Below are positions 32,748 through 41,977 of a DNA stretch of 64,000 bases, piece after piece. This DNA comes from an uncultured virus (IMG/VR IMGVR_UViG_3300007539_010416) (lineage: Duplodnaviria > Heunggongvirae > Uroviricota > Caudoviricetes), in the IMG/VR virus record IMGVR_UViG_3300007539_010416. One strand, given 5' to 3'. Position numbers and translations under genes: made by a program. Position 1 is the stretch's first letter. The number at the start of each line of letters is the position of its first letter. Under the pieces are notes generated by a model, which saw nothing but the letters and a program-made list of their open reading frames with translations, searched no databases and was not told the origin of the DNA.

Positions 32748-34001
32748 TCAAAAAGTAAATTTTTCCCATGTTTTATAAGACTTAAATTCTTTGACAGCAT
32801 CTAACATGCTTTGGTGCCACAAGTCAACTGTTTTTTGGTAAGAAAACTCTGTGTGTGCATAATCATAAACTTTTTTCTTAAGTTTTGATTTTTCTTCGGG
32901 ATTTAAGTCATAAAGCTTTCTTAATGCTTCTGCTGCATCTTCAACGCTAGCATAATCTTCGTAAATGTAAGGAACACTTTGACTTCCAACTAAAGTCTTT
33001 GCAACAATTGGTAATGCCACTCCATTTTCTGTGTTGTCTCTATGATCTACAATTTGTCTGGTTAAACCACCTGTTTGTGGTGCTATAATAGGAGTCCCTG
33101 TCATCATCGATTCAAGTGTAGAAAGACCGAATCCTTCTGCATAAGAAAGTGTAAAACACGTATCTACAATGTTATAAATCACATTCATCTTGTCAAATTC
33201 AATTCTATCTCTAGAAAAGAAAACATTTTGCTCCAGCCCTAAAATCTTTGAAGTCTCAAAAAGATTAGGCCCTTCTTGGTCTGTAGGCTCTGTATGCATA
33301 ATAAGCGTTGCATTTCGGTGTCCATAATCTTTCTCTAAATTATCTAAAAATATTTTCCATGTCAAAAGTGCATCATTTGGACGCTTTCTTTTTGCATTTC
33401 TATTAACCCACAGTGCAACAAAATGATCTTTTCTATCTTCTCCTAATAAAGAAATTTTATTGCTATTTACTAAATCTTCGTTCAATGGTCCATATAAATT
33501 ATCTGGAATTGCATGTGGAATAAAAAAAGTCTTTTCTGAATGGGTGCCTTCTTCTTGAAGCATAGAATAAGTCATATGTGAGTGACAATTGATTTTATCA
33601 GTTGCTTGATAATAGAGATCGTTAAATTCAGGATAAGGATAGTTGTCCCAAACGTGCCACCATACTATGGGACACATCTGGTGAATTTCATCTTCTATTT
33701 CAAAAAGCCACGTAAAAAATCGAGGGTCTGTAAAGATAAAAAGAATATCAGGCTTTTCTGTTGCCAGAGTCACTCTAATAAGATCTGGGTTTCCAAATCC
33801 ATCGATCGGCTTGATAATAAAATCTTCGTTGACAACGACAGTGTCATAATTAGTGTGCTTAATAGCAGCTCCGAACTGCCTAAAAGACCAGCAACCTTTT
33901 TTTAGCAATCCATTGATCAAATGCCTTGTCTGTGTACCAACACCGCTGGTTGACAAGGCATGATCAGAAAGAACTAAAACTTTATACTTTTTCTTATTCA
34001 T
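32748..34001 (-). CDS. Glycosyltransferase, GT4 (GT-B)
   Basis: SDHALSTSGVG; NRNAKRK; AEGFGLSTLESMMTGTPII. Confidence 0.85.
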   Translation of the reverse strand: MNKKKYKVLVLSDHALSTSGVGTQTRHLINGLLKKGCWSFRQFGAAIKHTNYDTVVVNEDFIIKPIDGFGNPDLIRVTLATEKPDILFIFTDPRFFTWLFEIEDEIHQMCPIVWWHVWDNYPYPEFNDLYYQATDKINCHSHMTYSMLQEEGTHSEKTFFIPHAIPDNLYGPLNEDLVNSNKISLLGEDRKDHFVALWVNRNAKRKRPNDALLTWKIFLDNLEKDYGHRNATLIMHTEPTDQEGPNLFETSKILGLEQNVFFSRDRIEFDKMNVIYNIVDTCFTLSYAEGFGLSTLESMMTGTPIIAPQTGGLTRQIVDHRDNTENGVALPIVAKTLVGSQSVPYIYEDYASVEDAAEALRKLYDLNPEEKSKLKKKVYDYAHTEFSYQKTVDLWHQSMLDAVKEFKSYKTWEKFTF

Positions 34002-34048
34002 TAAAACCTCTTTGATCTCAATTATATCAAAAAAATTTTGTAGTTAAA

Positions 34049-34885
34049 TTATTTACAGTGTTTTGTATTGTGATATTGACAATATTTGCAAGAGTTTCTG
34101 TTTTTTAGAAATATTTTTCTTCTGACACTTGATATCATACTATTTAAAACTTTAACACCTTTCGCAAGTGTCTTTGGTCCTGCTGACACCTTTACAAGCT
34201 GGCAGACTTTTCCCTTCTTTGCTCCACGGCCTAAAGTAATAAAAGCACACTTTATTTGATTGTGAGGAATACTGTGTTTCTGTGACCAGTAATATTTGTA
34301 AAGAATTAACTGAAGTTGCATTAGAAAGTCTTGCTTCTTTTCACTTCGCCAGCCTCCTTTCCCAGCTGTCTTCCAGTCAATGATCCAATATTCGTCTCCC
34401 TTGCCTCGCTTTTTAGGAACTTTGATAACTCCATCAATAAAACCCTTAAGAGATAAATCTTTTCCTTCTACGGGCTCATATAAGTCTTCTTCGGCTGCAT
34501 GCAAAGTCCATCCTGGAAACTCTTGATCTAAGAAAGGTACAACTTCATCCCACATGCTTTCAGCCCATTTGCACCATTCATCTAAAGGTGCGTAAGACTT
34601 TTTATACCAGTCAGGTTGTTTTTCTACCCATTCAGGATTGTCAAAGTCATATTTTTTCCAAGCTTCTCTTATGTCTGTTAACAACTTTTCTTTTGGAACT
34701 TCTTTTCTTTCTAAAAGAGTTTCACATCCTTCGTGAACAGCTGTTCCAAAGTCTAAATAAGGACTTGGTTCAAACATATCGATCTTGTCAATATAAAGCA
34801 ACTTATGACGATATGAGCATTCTTTCCAATGCTTGACTTCGGAAAAAGATACGTGTGGCTTTCCTGTTGGAAAATCTTGATTCAT
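34049..34885 (-). CDS. PD-(D/E)XK exonuclease, Cas4/AddB-like with four-Cys cluster
   Basis: SFS...C; GTAVH; KGFIDGV...IIDWKT; QLILY; CKYCQY...C. Confidence 0.8.
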   Translation of the reverse strand: MNQDFPTGKPHVSFSEVKHWKECSYRHKLLYIDKIDMFEPSPYLDFGTAVHEGCETLLERKEVPKEKLLTDIREAWKKYDFDNPEWVEKQPDWYKKSYAPLDEWCKWAESMWDEVVPFLDQEFPGWTLHAAEEDLYEPVEGKDLSLKGFIDGVIKVPKKRGKGDEYWIIDWKTAGKGGWRSEKKQDFLMQLQLILYKYYWSQKHSIPHNQIKCAFITLGRGAKKGKVCQLVKVSAGPKTLAKGVKVLNSMISSVRRKIFLKNRNSCKYCQYHNTKHCK

Positions 34886-34896
34886 TTTAAACTCCT

Positions 34897-34932
34897 ATAA
34901 AAGAGTTTAGTTTAAAAAATGAATTTTTACAA
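34897..34932 (-). promoter_or_regulatory. Putative sigma70 promoter (TTGTAA-N17-TAAACT) upstream of the Cas4-like nuclease
   Basis: Minus strand reads ttgtaa aaattcattttttaaac taaact, followed by an AGGAG RBS. Confidence 0.4.
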
Positions 34933-35787
34933 TTAATCTTCAGAAACTGCACGACCTTTCATTTTTTCCCAGTCTCTATTTTTTCTTACCTCGTCATTCT
35001 TTTCTCTAGCAGACTCAAGAATTGTGGGATTTACGTTATTTTGAGTCATCAAGTAAATCATTGCATCTAAGTCTTTTGGAAAGCAATGTCCGCCATATCC
35101 AAAGTCTCCATCAGGCCCTGGAACAGCAAGATGACTTTTTCCTATTCTTTTATCAAACAAGGCGTATTCAGTTACTTTGTCATAATCAATTCCTAGCTCA
35201 TTACAAATTTGATACATTTCATTAGCAAATGATACTTTGACAGATAGGAAATTATTAATAAAATACTTAACCATCTCGGCAGTTTGATATCCTGTCTTAA
35301 TAATAGGAATATGTGGAAATGCTCTTCTAAACATAGTTTTAACTTGCGTCGTATAGGGGCGAGGGCCTCCTAAAATAATACGCGTCTGATTCTTAAAATC
35401 ATCTATTGAATTAGCTTCTGTAAGAAATTCTGGGCTGAAAATAATATTAAGACTCTCAAAATCTTCATCAAGCTTTTGACATGTACCTGGAGAAACTGTT
35501 GACTTTATAACAACAATTGGATTCTTATTATAAACTGAAGCGATTGTGTTCAAAGTTGTAAGGGAACTTCTCACAATACTTAAATCACATTCTCCTGATT
35601 TTTTCATTGGTGTTGGTAGACACTGAAATATTATTTTACAATTCTGAACAATGCTCGCTGGCGTTGCCAACATTTCTTCTGGACATAAATCTTTTTTAAG
35701 ATCGTATATAGAAACTGAATAGAAGTTTTTAAGACCTTCCCTAATTGCTGTTCCTACAAAACCTTGGCCAATTATTCCTATATTCAT
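34933..35787 (-). CDS. UDP-glucose/GDP-mannose dehydrogenase family, short form lacking the C-terminal domain
   Basis: GQGFVG, CLPTP, IKSTVSPGT, SPEFL, AEMVKY, GYGGHCFPKD. Confidence 0.85.
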   Translation of the reverse strand: MNIGIIGQGFVGTAIREGLKNFYSVSIYDLKKDLCPEEMLATPASIVQNCKIIFQCLPTPMKKSGECDLSIVRSSLTTLNTIASVYNKNPIVVIKSTVSPGTCQKLDEDFESLNIIFSPEFLTEANSIDDFKNQTRIILGGPRPYTTQVKTMFRRAFPHIPIIKTGYQTAEMVKYFINNFLSVKVSFANEMYQICNELGIDYDKVTEYALFDKRIGKSHLAVPGPDGDFGYGGHCFPKDLDAMIYLMTQNNVNPTILESAREKNDEVRKNRDWEKMKGRAVSED

Positions 35788-35793
35788 TTATGT

Positions 35794-36387
35794 TTATCCT
35801 TTTATTATATTGTACAACATAGAATAGTAGTTTTTAACATCTGGATTGAAAAAATCTACTTTTATATTGTTGGATTTAAATGTGTTTAAGTCTAAATAGT
35901 CTATTCCGCTAGGTCCTGAGAGATATGTTGAAGCATTTGTTTCTTTGCAAATATTTAACAAAAGATCTGTCTTGCTTCCTTTTACATCTAAGCTCGATGC
36001 ATAAATCATAGGAGTTTTAATATTAAGTTTTTGTCTACACCATTCAATAGAGCTCATATTTATTTGAATTAACATATTTTGATTATAAATATTAGTCATG
36101 TCTATTGAAAAATTATTTTTGAGTTGTTTAATCGTTTTTGACTTCCATTTATTAATTTGATCATCTACAGGTTTGATTTGATTAATTAATAAAGAATTGC
36201 TATTTTTTGGAACAGCAACACCAAACCATTCTTCTTCACCTCTTTTACTTAAAAATTTATTTCTATTTTGAAAATAATTTTTTCTAAATTTGACATTATC
36301 TAATATTACAAAAAGATCTGCTGCTGCCATTTTTTGAAAAAACCCTTCGTAGGGAAAATGCTCAGGTTGATGAATTGTTACTTTCAT
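35794..36387 (-). CDS. WbqC-like protein (putative glycyl transferase to amino-sugar)
   Basis: IHQPEHFPYEGFF...FVILDNV...QNRN; YLSGPSGIDYL. Confidence 0.85.
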   Translation of the reverse strand: MKVTIHQPEHFPYEGFFQKMAAADLFVILDNVKFRKNYFQNRNKFLSKRGEEEWFGVAVPKNSNSLLINQIKPVDDQINKWKSKTIKQLKNNFSIDMTNIYNQNMLIQINMSSIEWCRQKLNIKTPMIYASSLDVKGSKTDLLLNICKETNASTYLSGPSGIDYLDLNTFKSNNIKVDFFNPDVKNYYSMLYNIIKG

Positions 36388-36395
36388 TGTTATCT

Positions 36396-37142
36396 TTACT
36401 CTTTTAAAATTTTATCAGATGAATCTAATTGATTCCAACAAGTTTTATCTAAATCAAATTTCTTTTTATACACCAAAAGATTGTTGTAGACATGCATAAA
36501 GAGAATTTCATTTTTAAATTCTCTCGAGTCAATACCAGTATTCTTTTTTATGTTTTTTGATATTGGATGATCGTAGTTAGCTCTATTATTTGGTTTATTT
36601 TTAATTCTTTCATCTACAATGTTATAGGAAAATATATCTAGATCTAATGATCTAATTCCTCTTATTATAAATCCATCCCACTCGTCTCTATTCTGAGGAT
36701 ATCCTAAAAAGTTGTTATGAAATGTCATACTAGTGTCTTCTATAAAATACAATCCGCCTGGCTTTAAATTCTTCCATAAAATTAAATAAGACATTATCAT
36801 GTGATTAAAAACGTGGCTTCCGTCATCAATTACAATATCAAATTTAGTATTTTTAATTTTTTCAAATGTTTTAGGGTCACTTTGATCACCGATTAAAATG
36901 TCAATGTTTAGAAGTTTATCTTTTTCTTTCAAACATTCAGGATTTAAATCTACGCCTATGATATTTGCATTTTTAAAATATTTTGACCAAAGTCTAAGTG
37001 ATTCTCCATTTTTAACACCAATTTCTAATATATTAATTTCTTTATCTTTAATATCTTTAAAATAAAAGTCATAAATTGGAAAATAGTGTACAAATTTATC
37101 TGTATTAATCTTAAGTTCTTCTTTTTCTTCTTCTGTAAACAA
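36396..37142 (-). CDS. Class I SAM-dependent methyltransferase (sugar O-methyltransferase-like)
   Basis: ILEIGVKNGESL, GDQSD, DIVIDDGSH, LKPGGLYFIED. Confidence 0.8.
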   Translation of the reverse strand: MFTEEEKEELKINTDKFVHYFPIYDFYFKDIKDKEINILEIGVKNGESLRLWSKYFKNANIIGVDLNPECLKEKDKLLNIDILIGDQSDPKTFEKIKNTKFDIVIDDGSHVFNHMIMSYLILWKNLKPGGLYFIEDTSMTFHNNFLGYPQNRDEWDGFIIRGIRSLDLDIFSYNIVDERIKNKPNNRANYDHPISKNIKKNTGIDSREFKNEILFMHVYNNLLVYKKKFDLDKTCWNQLDSSDKILKE

Positions 37143-37146
37143 TTAA

Positions 37147-37797
37147 CTATCTCCATTTTAAAATTTTAAAACATTCTGAATATTTACTACTTGCCACAGC
37201 AAAATTTTCAATTTCATAAGCTTTGCCTATGTTATAATGAGACTCACTCTGCAGATAATACCCTAAATTAGTATATGATTGTTCGTTGTTGACATTGTAT
37301 ACATCGCACATTTCTTTTTTAAGAAAATAATCTTCTTCACTTAATTCTATCCATAAGTTTGGTTTAAAATTGGTTGTGCTTGGTGAGTATACTGTAATAT
37401 ATCTATCTGTATATTTGAACAAACCCTTTGATATCATAGCAATTGCGACATGATCTGTATGGCAATCTTCTAAATCATGCGTCAACATGTCTATTTTAGT
37501 ATTTTTAGAAAACTTTATTTGGCTGTAGAATTTATCTTTAAGCTTATCAAATTTTGTCATTAATATTCTCTGATTATACTCAAGATTAAAATAATTTATT
37601 TTTATGTCCGGGCATCTTAGTCTAATCTTTTCTAAGTTCTGACTCCAGAGTTGTTCTTTAGGTTGCCATTTCGTAGCTAAATAAAAATTAATCTCATCGT
37701 ATTCTTTATAGTTTTTAAAAACATAAGAGAGGCAAGAAAGTTCTATATCATCAATATGAGCTAAAAACACTATTAAGTTTCTTTTTAATTCAGACAC
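37147..37797 (-). CDS. PIG-L/LmbE family deacetylase-like protein
   Basis: AHIDDIEL and TH...DCHTDH metal motifs. Confidence 0.7.
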   Translation of the reverse strand: MSELKRNLIVFLAHIDDIELSCLSYVFKNYKEYDEINFYLATKWQPKEQLWSQNLEKIRLRCPDIKINYFNLEYNQRILMTKFDKLKDKFYSQIKFSKNTKIDMLTHDLEDCHTDHVAIAMISKGLFKYTDRYITVYSPSTTNFKPNLWIELSEEDYFLKKEMCDVYNVNNEQSYTNLGYYLQSESHYNIGKAYEIENFAVASSKYSECFKILKWR

Positions 37798-38747
37798 GCT
37801 AATATCCTTTCATAAGCTGATTGACAAGCAAAATCAATAGTCAGGTATTTTTTACCATCTCTATAACAACTTTTTGATAAGCTATCATTATCTCTATTTA
37901 AAAATTGATTACATGCTGAATAAAACATTTCTCTATTTTTATTCTGATATATTGTACAATACGGTTTGCAATACGTATTTATTAAAACTAAGTCATTAAT
38001 TATGCAAGGTGTTCCTGCTCTAATTGACTCAAAAATAACTCTAGGCCCAGGATCAAAAGGTTGTGATGGTCTGGGGTCTGTTGTTAACATTGTTAGTTTT
38101 GAATTAAGAAACTCATAAGCCAGTTCATTTCTCGTCAATAATTTAAAATCACTTTCAATGCCTTTAGATGCAAGCTTTGAATGTAGATAGTTTGCATATT
38201 GTTGATTGTATATTTTTCCGGCAAATAAAAAGCTATATTCTTTAAAAGATTCAGCATCAATTAAGTCAACAATTTCTTTTTGATTTTTATCACTTCCAAT
38301 TGATGCCGGAACTATTATTTGATTTTTTCTATTCTTCCATTCAATAAAGTTTTTATCAAAAACTTCTTGCATTTCTTTAACAGGTGCTTTGATTAATTCA
38401 TTTTCTTCAAAAAAGAAATCACAATTTTTTTTATTATAATCAAAACCCATTGGTGTAACATTTATAACAATCGTATTGTTCGAACGATATTGATACCCAT
38501 AAGACTGAAATGCATTATTTTTTGTAATTATTACATCAAATTTTATATTTTTTAATAATTCTTTGTTGACAGGTTCAGCTTTTTTATCAATACCTTTGTG
38601 TATTGAACAAAAATTTCTTTTTCCTTTTTCAAACAAAGAAAAAACTTTTAAATTTTTCTCTGCAAAATAGTCAGGTAAAGTTTTTGCTTCAATTTGATTA
38701 TTGTCAACTGGGAAATGTAAAAAAAGAAAGTTAAGATTTTTATTCAT
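37785..38747 (-). CDS. Divergent GT-B glycosyltransferase
   Basis: ASIGSDKNQ; DPGPRVIFESIRAGTPCII. Confidence 0.6.
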   Translation of the reverse strand: MNKNLNFLFLHFPVDNNQIEAKTLPDYFAEKNLKVFSLFEKGKRNFCSIHKGIDKKAEPVNKELLKNIKFDVIITKNNAFQSYGYQYRSNNTIVINVTPMGFDYNKKNCDFFFEENELIKAPVKEMQEVFDKNFIEWKNRKNQIIVPASIGSDKNQKEIVDLIDAESFKEYSFLFAGKIYNQQYANYLHSKLASKGIESDFKLLTRNELAYEFLNSKLTMLTTDPRPSQPFDPGPRVIFESIRAGTPCIINDLVLINTYCKPYCTIYQNKNREMFYSACNQFLNRDNDSLSKSCYRDGKKYLTIDFACQSAYERILACLN

Positions 38748-39162
38748 TTTTCTTCTGGACCTGGTTATTAATTTCTGTCAGGCACGACTTCCAATCAAAA
38801 AATCTAATGGCACGATCATCAATATAAAAAATGGCTCTTGGTTTTTCTGCTGTCACATCCTTTACGAATTTTGACATGTCATACTTTTCTAGCCACTCCC
38901 AAATTAACCGAATGCCTGTTTTTCCATTGACTAAAGGTCTGTCGCTTCTAGCTTTTGCACTGTATATTACAATTTCATATTTTTTAGATAGTATCTCTAG
39001 AGCATTATAAGATCCGGGAACTGGATCGTCATAAATAGTTCCATCATGATATCCTTTTGTACACGCGTGGATGACACCATCGAAATCTACACCTATTTGT
39101 TTAAACTCGTCCTCGAGCAATGTAGGCCTATTATCATTTTCATTGTATATTTTACTAATCAT
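38740..39162 (-). CDS. HAD-superfamily phosphatase (capless)
   Basis: GVDFDGVIH motif I; KP...YIDDRA motifs III/IV. Confidence 0.75.
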   Translation of the reverse strand: MISKIYNENDNRPTLLEDEFKQIGVDFDGVIHACTKGYHDGTIYDDPVPGSYNALEILSKKYEIVIYSAKARSDRPLVNGKTGIRLIWEWLEKYDMSKFVKDVTAEKPRAIFYIDDRAIRFFDWKSCLTEINNQVQKKNE

Positions 39163-39844
39163 TAATATCCCTTAAGTCAAAAAAGCTTCCACTTTTTTGA
39201 TCTGCAAGCATGTCTAAATTTTTAATTATTTTATCAGCAATTTCTTTTGATGATGGATTTTTTCCGTATAAATCTTTAAATTTTTTAATTGAAGAAAATT
39301 TCGCTGTAGGGTTTTTGACAATTTGATCTTGCATTTTTGTTTGAATTATACCAGGTGCTAAACTTAAAAAATTTATATTTGTATTTTCTATAGCGTAGCA
39401 TCTAATAAGTTGATTTAAAGCTGCCTTAGATAAACAATAAGAAAGCCAGCCGTCATATGCTTTAATAGAAGCACCTGATGATATCGCAATAATGTTCTTA
39501 ACTTCGATTTCAGAATTTAAAAAAATATCAATAATCAGTTTGTTTGCAAATAAATTGACTTGTAAAGCTTCTTGAAGATTTTTATTTTTTATCTTCGTAG
39601 CTTTTTCAATATCTCCTAAAATTCCTGCATTTAAAAATAAATAGTCTATAGGTTTATCAAAATTATCAACAACTATTTGATTAAAAGTATTTTTAATATT
39701 TTCATCTGAATTGAAGTCACAAATATAATTGGTTTCTTTAGATTTGGATCTACTAATACCTATTGTTTCATGGCCTAATTCTAGAAATTGATTTACTAGT
39801 GACTTTCCTAAGCCGGAGCTAGTTCCTGTTATTATTACTTTCAT
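39155..39844 (-). CDS. Short-chain dehydrogenase/reductase
   Basis: ITGTSSGLG, LNAG, ISSGA, YCLSK, PGIIQT. Confidence 0.85.
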   Translation of the reverse strand: MKVIITGTSSGLGKSLVNQFLELGHETIGISRSKSKETNYICDFNSDENIKNTFNQIVVDNFDKPIDYLFLNAGILGDIEKATKIKNKNLQEALQVNLFANKLIIDIFLNSEIEVKNIIAISSGASIKAYDGWLSYCLSKAALNQLIRCYAIENTNINFLSLAPGIIQTKMQDQIVKNPTAKFSSIKKFKDLYGKNPSSKEIADKIIKNLDMLADQKSGSFFDLRDIND

Positions 39845-40782
39845 TTTTGTATTATCTTTTCCATATTAAAAACATCTTTATCTATGCCTTTTATGTTCTT
39901 GCAAATTTCATCAAATAATTCAATTGTAATTTTATTTTTTTCTGCATGGTATGCATAATAATCAGAAATACTATGCTTAGCAGTAATTACTCCATAAGGA
40001 CTTTCTCTCATGGTAAATTTTTTCTCATTGCGAGCAATAAAACTCATTAAATTGATTAATTCTTTATCTTCAATAACATTTTCTAATCTTAGATTTCCAA
40101 CGCCTTTTCCCATTCCTCTTGTAGATGCATCGAAGCCTGTGAAACCAATACTCTTAAGCATTTTAAAATTACTATAAGCTTTCCCTCTATGGTCATGCAA
40201 GTGCATGCCCACCTTTATATTTCTTTCTCTTAAAACACTAACTGCATCTTTAAATCTTTTGCCGTCTAGTTCGAAATCAAGCGCACCGTGTGTATCTGCA
40301 AAGTAAACATAGTCTAGACTATAATTTTTTACTTTTTCTGCAACAAAATCTATTTCTGCTTTGCTATAATTTGAAATATTAAAAACATTAAGACTTACTT
40401 TTAAGCCTGTCTTATCTTTTAATCGTTGAATAAAAGGCAATGCATCATCAATATCATTTTTTCTACTGCAAACTCTTATCATTCCAACAACATTTTGATT
40501 TTTATCTGGATATTCATTTAAATCTTTTTGACAATAATGATAATCTATCATTACAGCTACTTTCTTTTTTGGATTATCTCCAATGATTTCTACTAATTTT
40601 TCCATATTAAGATTATAAAATCTATTTTGACTCTTTGCTGTTTGCTTCCAATAACCCATTTCAACATAAGTTACGCTGCTGATGGAAGAAATTAGGTTGT
40701 AATATTCTCTTGCAACTTCTACTGGCCAGTCAAAATTAACGGCATGGCCGCCGTCTCTAAGGGTGACGTCAATCAATTCCAT
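39841..40782 (-). CDS. DRE-TIM metallolyase, 4-hydroxy-2-oxovalerate aldolase-like
   Basis: DVTLRDGG, YFADTHG, HLHD, DASTRGMGKGVGN; GAGGAG RBS. Confidence 0.8.
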   Translation of the reverse strand: MELIDVTLRDGGHAVNFDWPVEVAREYYNLISSISSVTYVEMGYWKQTAKSQNRFYNLNMEKLVEIIGDNPKKKVAVMIDYHYCQKDLNEYPDKNQNVVGMIRVCSRKNDIDDALPFIQRLKDKTGLKVSLNVFNISNYSKAEIDFVAEKVKNYSLDYVYFADTHGALDFELDGKRFKDAVSVLRERNIKVGMHLHDHRGKAYSNFKMLKSIGFTGFDASTRGMGKGVGNLRLENVIEDKELINLMSFIARNEKKFTMRESPYGVITAKHSISDYYAYHAEKNKITIELFDEICKNIKGIDKDVFNMEKIIQK

Positions 40783-41464
40783 TTGCAACTCCTCTATAAA
40801 CTATTTTTGCAAAATTTAAATCTTGTAAAGTATCAATTTCTATACCTTCGATATTGTCAATCTCATAAAGAAAGTTATTTTCTCCAAACCTATTCATGTT
40901 TTTCATAAATGTTTTCTTTGTGAATATAAAAAATGCACCATTTGAAAAACAAATCTTATCTAAGTCTTGTGTCCGCTGAACAACATTTGGATTAAAATTT
41001 ATTGGGTTATCAAAAGATTTTAACCAGGCAAAGTCTTGTTTTGATGTAACAGAATGGACTGTGTCAAAACCTTCTTCTAAGATCTTAGCTGCACTGAAAA
41101 TTGTTTTTGGTTTTAAAAAGGGTGAGGTTACATGTGTCAAGACAATTACCTCATTATCATCATCTACAAAATTAGATAGAAAATTTTCAACCATTAGAAG
41201 TGCCGGGCTTAGACTATTATTTGGGTCATTCTCCATATCTATAAATTTTTTGTCTCTAAGATAAGCTGTTACACCAGACAGTTTTTCATCGCTATTGCAC
41301 TCATCTATAACTTCTTGACTATCAGTATCTATAAAAATGTCAACATTAGAAAAGGCATTGACTTCGTAGATTAAATGTTTCCATAGAGGCAATCCTCCAA
41401 TCATCTTAAAATTCTTTCTTGGTACTCGAGATGAATCATTTTTAATATATGTAAATATTTTCAT
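40769..41464 (-). CDS. Acylneuraminate/ulosonate cytidylyltransferase (NeuA-like)
   Basis: SSRVPRKN...GGLPL, HVTSPF, RTQDL, NGAFFI, EIDTLQDL. Confidence 0.85.
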   Translation of the reverse strand: MKIFTYIKNDSSRVPRKNFKMIGGLPLWKHLIYEVNAFSNVDIFIDTDSQEVIDECNSDEKLSGVTAYLRDKKFIDMENDPNNSLSPALLMVENFLSNFVDDDNEVIVLTHVTSPFLKPKTIFSAAKILEEGFDTVHSVTSKQDFAWLKSFDNPINFNPNVVQRTQDLDKICFSNGAFFIFTKKTFMKNMNRFGENNFLYEIDNIEGIEIDTLQDLNFAKIVYRGVANGID

Positions 41465-41467
41465 AAC

Positions 41468-41941
41468 TCACCCATTTAAAAATGTTAAAGATATTTCTCT
41501 ATCTCTATTTGGATCAAGCTCAATAACAAAAACACTCTGCCATTTCCCAAGAATAGGTTTTCCGTCAATAACAGGAATTGATTCAGAAGTATTAAAGAAT
41601 AAACTTCTAATATGACTATGACCATTAATGGGTTCGTCAATCGGGCAATCATTTCTAAGAGAAATTAAGTCATGAAGATATTTAATATTTTTATGATCCC
41701 CTTCAGGCTCTTTCCATTTTGGTGCCATTTTATCTAGAAAAAATCTTACATCAGCCTTATGCAATAACTCGTCCTCTAGAATTTTAATACAACATGTTGT
41801 ATGCTTTGAAAATATGTTAACTAAACCATTTTTGTTTTCTTGAGAAGAACAAAAATTAATAACTTCTTTTGTTATGTTTGTAAATAATTTATCTGTTTTT
41901 ATTTGTAGTATTTGTCTTTGCATCTTTTCTTTATTTACCAA
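41468..41941 (-). CDS. YjbQ/UPF0047 family protein
   Basis: HTTCCI..LE, YLHD, NGHSHIRS, LGKWQSVFVIELD. Confidence 0.85.
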   Translation of the reverse strand: MVNKEKMQRQILQIKTDKLFTNITKEVINFCSSQENKNGLVNIFSKHTTCCIKILEDELLHKADVRFFLDKMAPKWKEPEGDHKNIKYLHDLISLRNDCPIDEPINGHSHIRSLFFNTSESIPVIDGKPILGKWQSVFVIELDPNRDREISLTFLNG

Positions 41942-41954
41942 TTGTTTAATTAAT

Positions 41955-41963
41955 ATTATAACA
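41955..41963 (-). promoter_or_regulatory. Putative extended -10 promoter (TGTTATAAT) heading the YjbQ-cytidylyltransferase-aldolase sub-operon
   Basis: Exact TGn-TATAAT in the 36 nt intergenic gap. Confidence 0.4.
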
Positions 41964-41977
41964 GCTTTTTAATTAAA

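Noticed and set aside
34049..34885. Cas4-like gene as a sign of a CRISPR-Cas locus
   Set aside because: No repeat-spacer array or other cas genes seen; intergenic gaps are too short to hold an array
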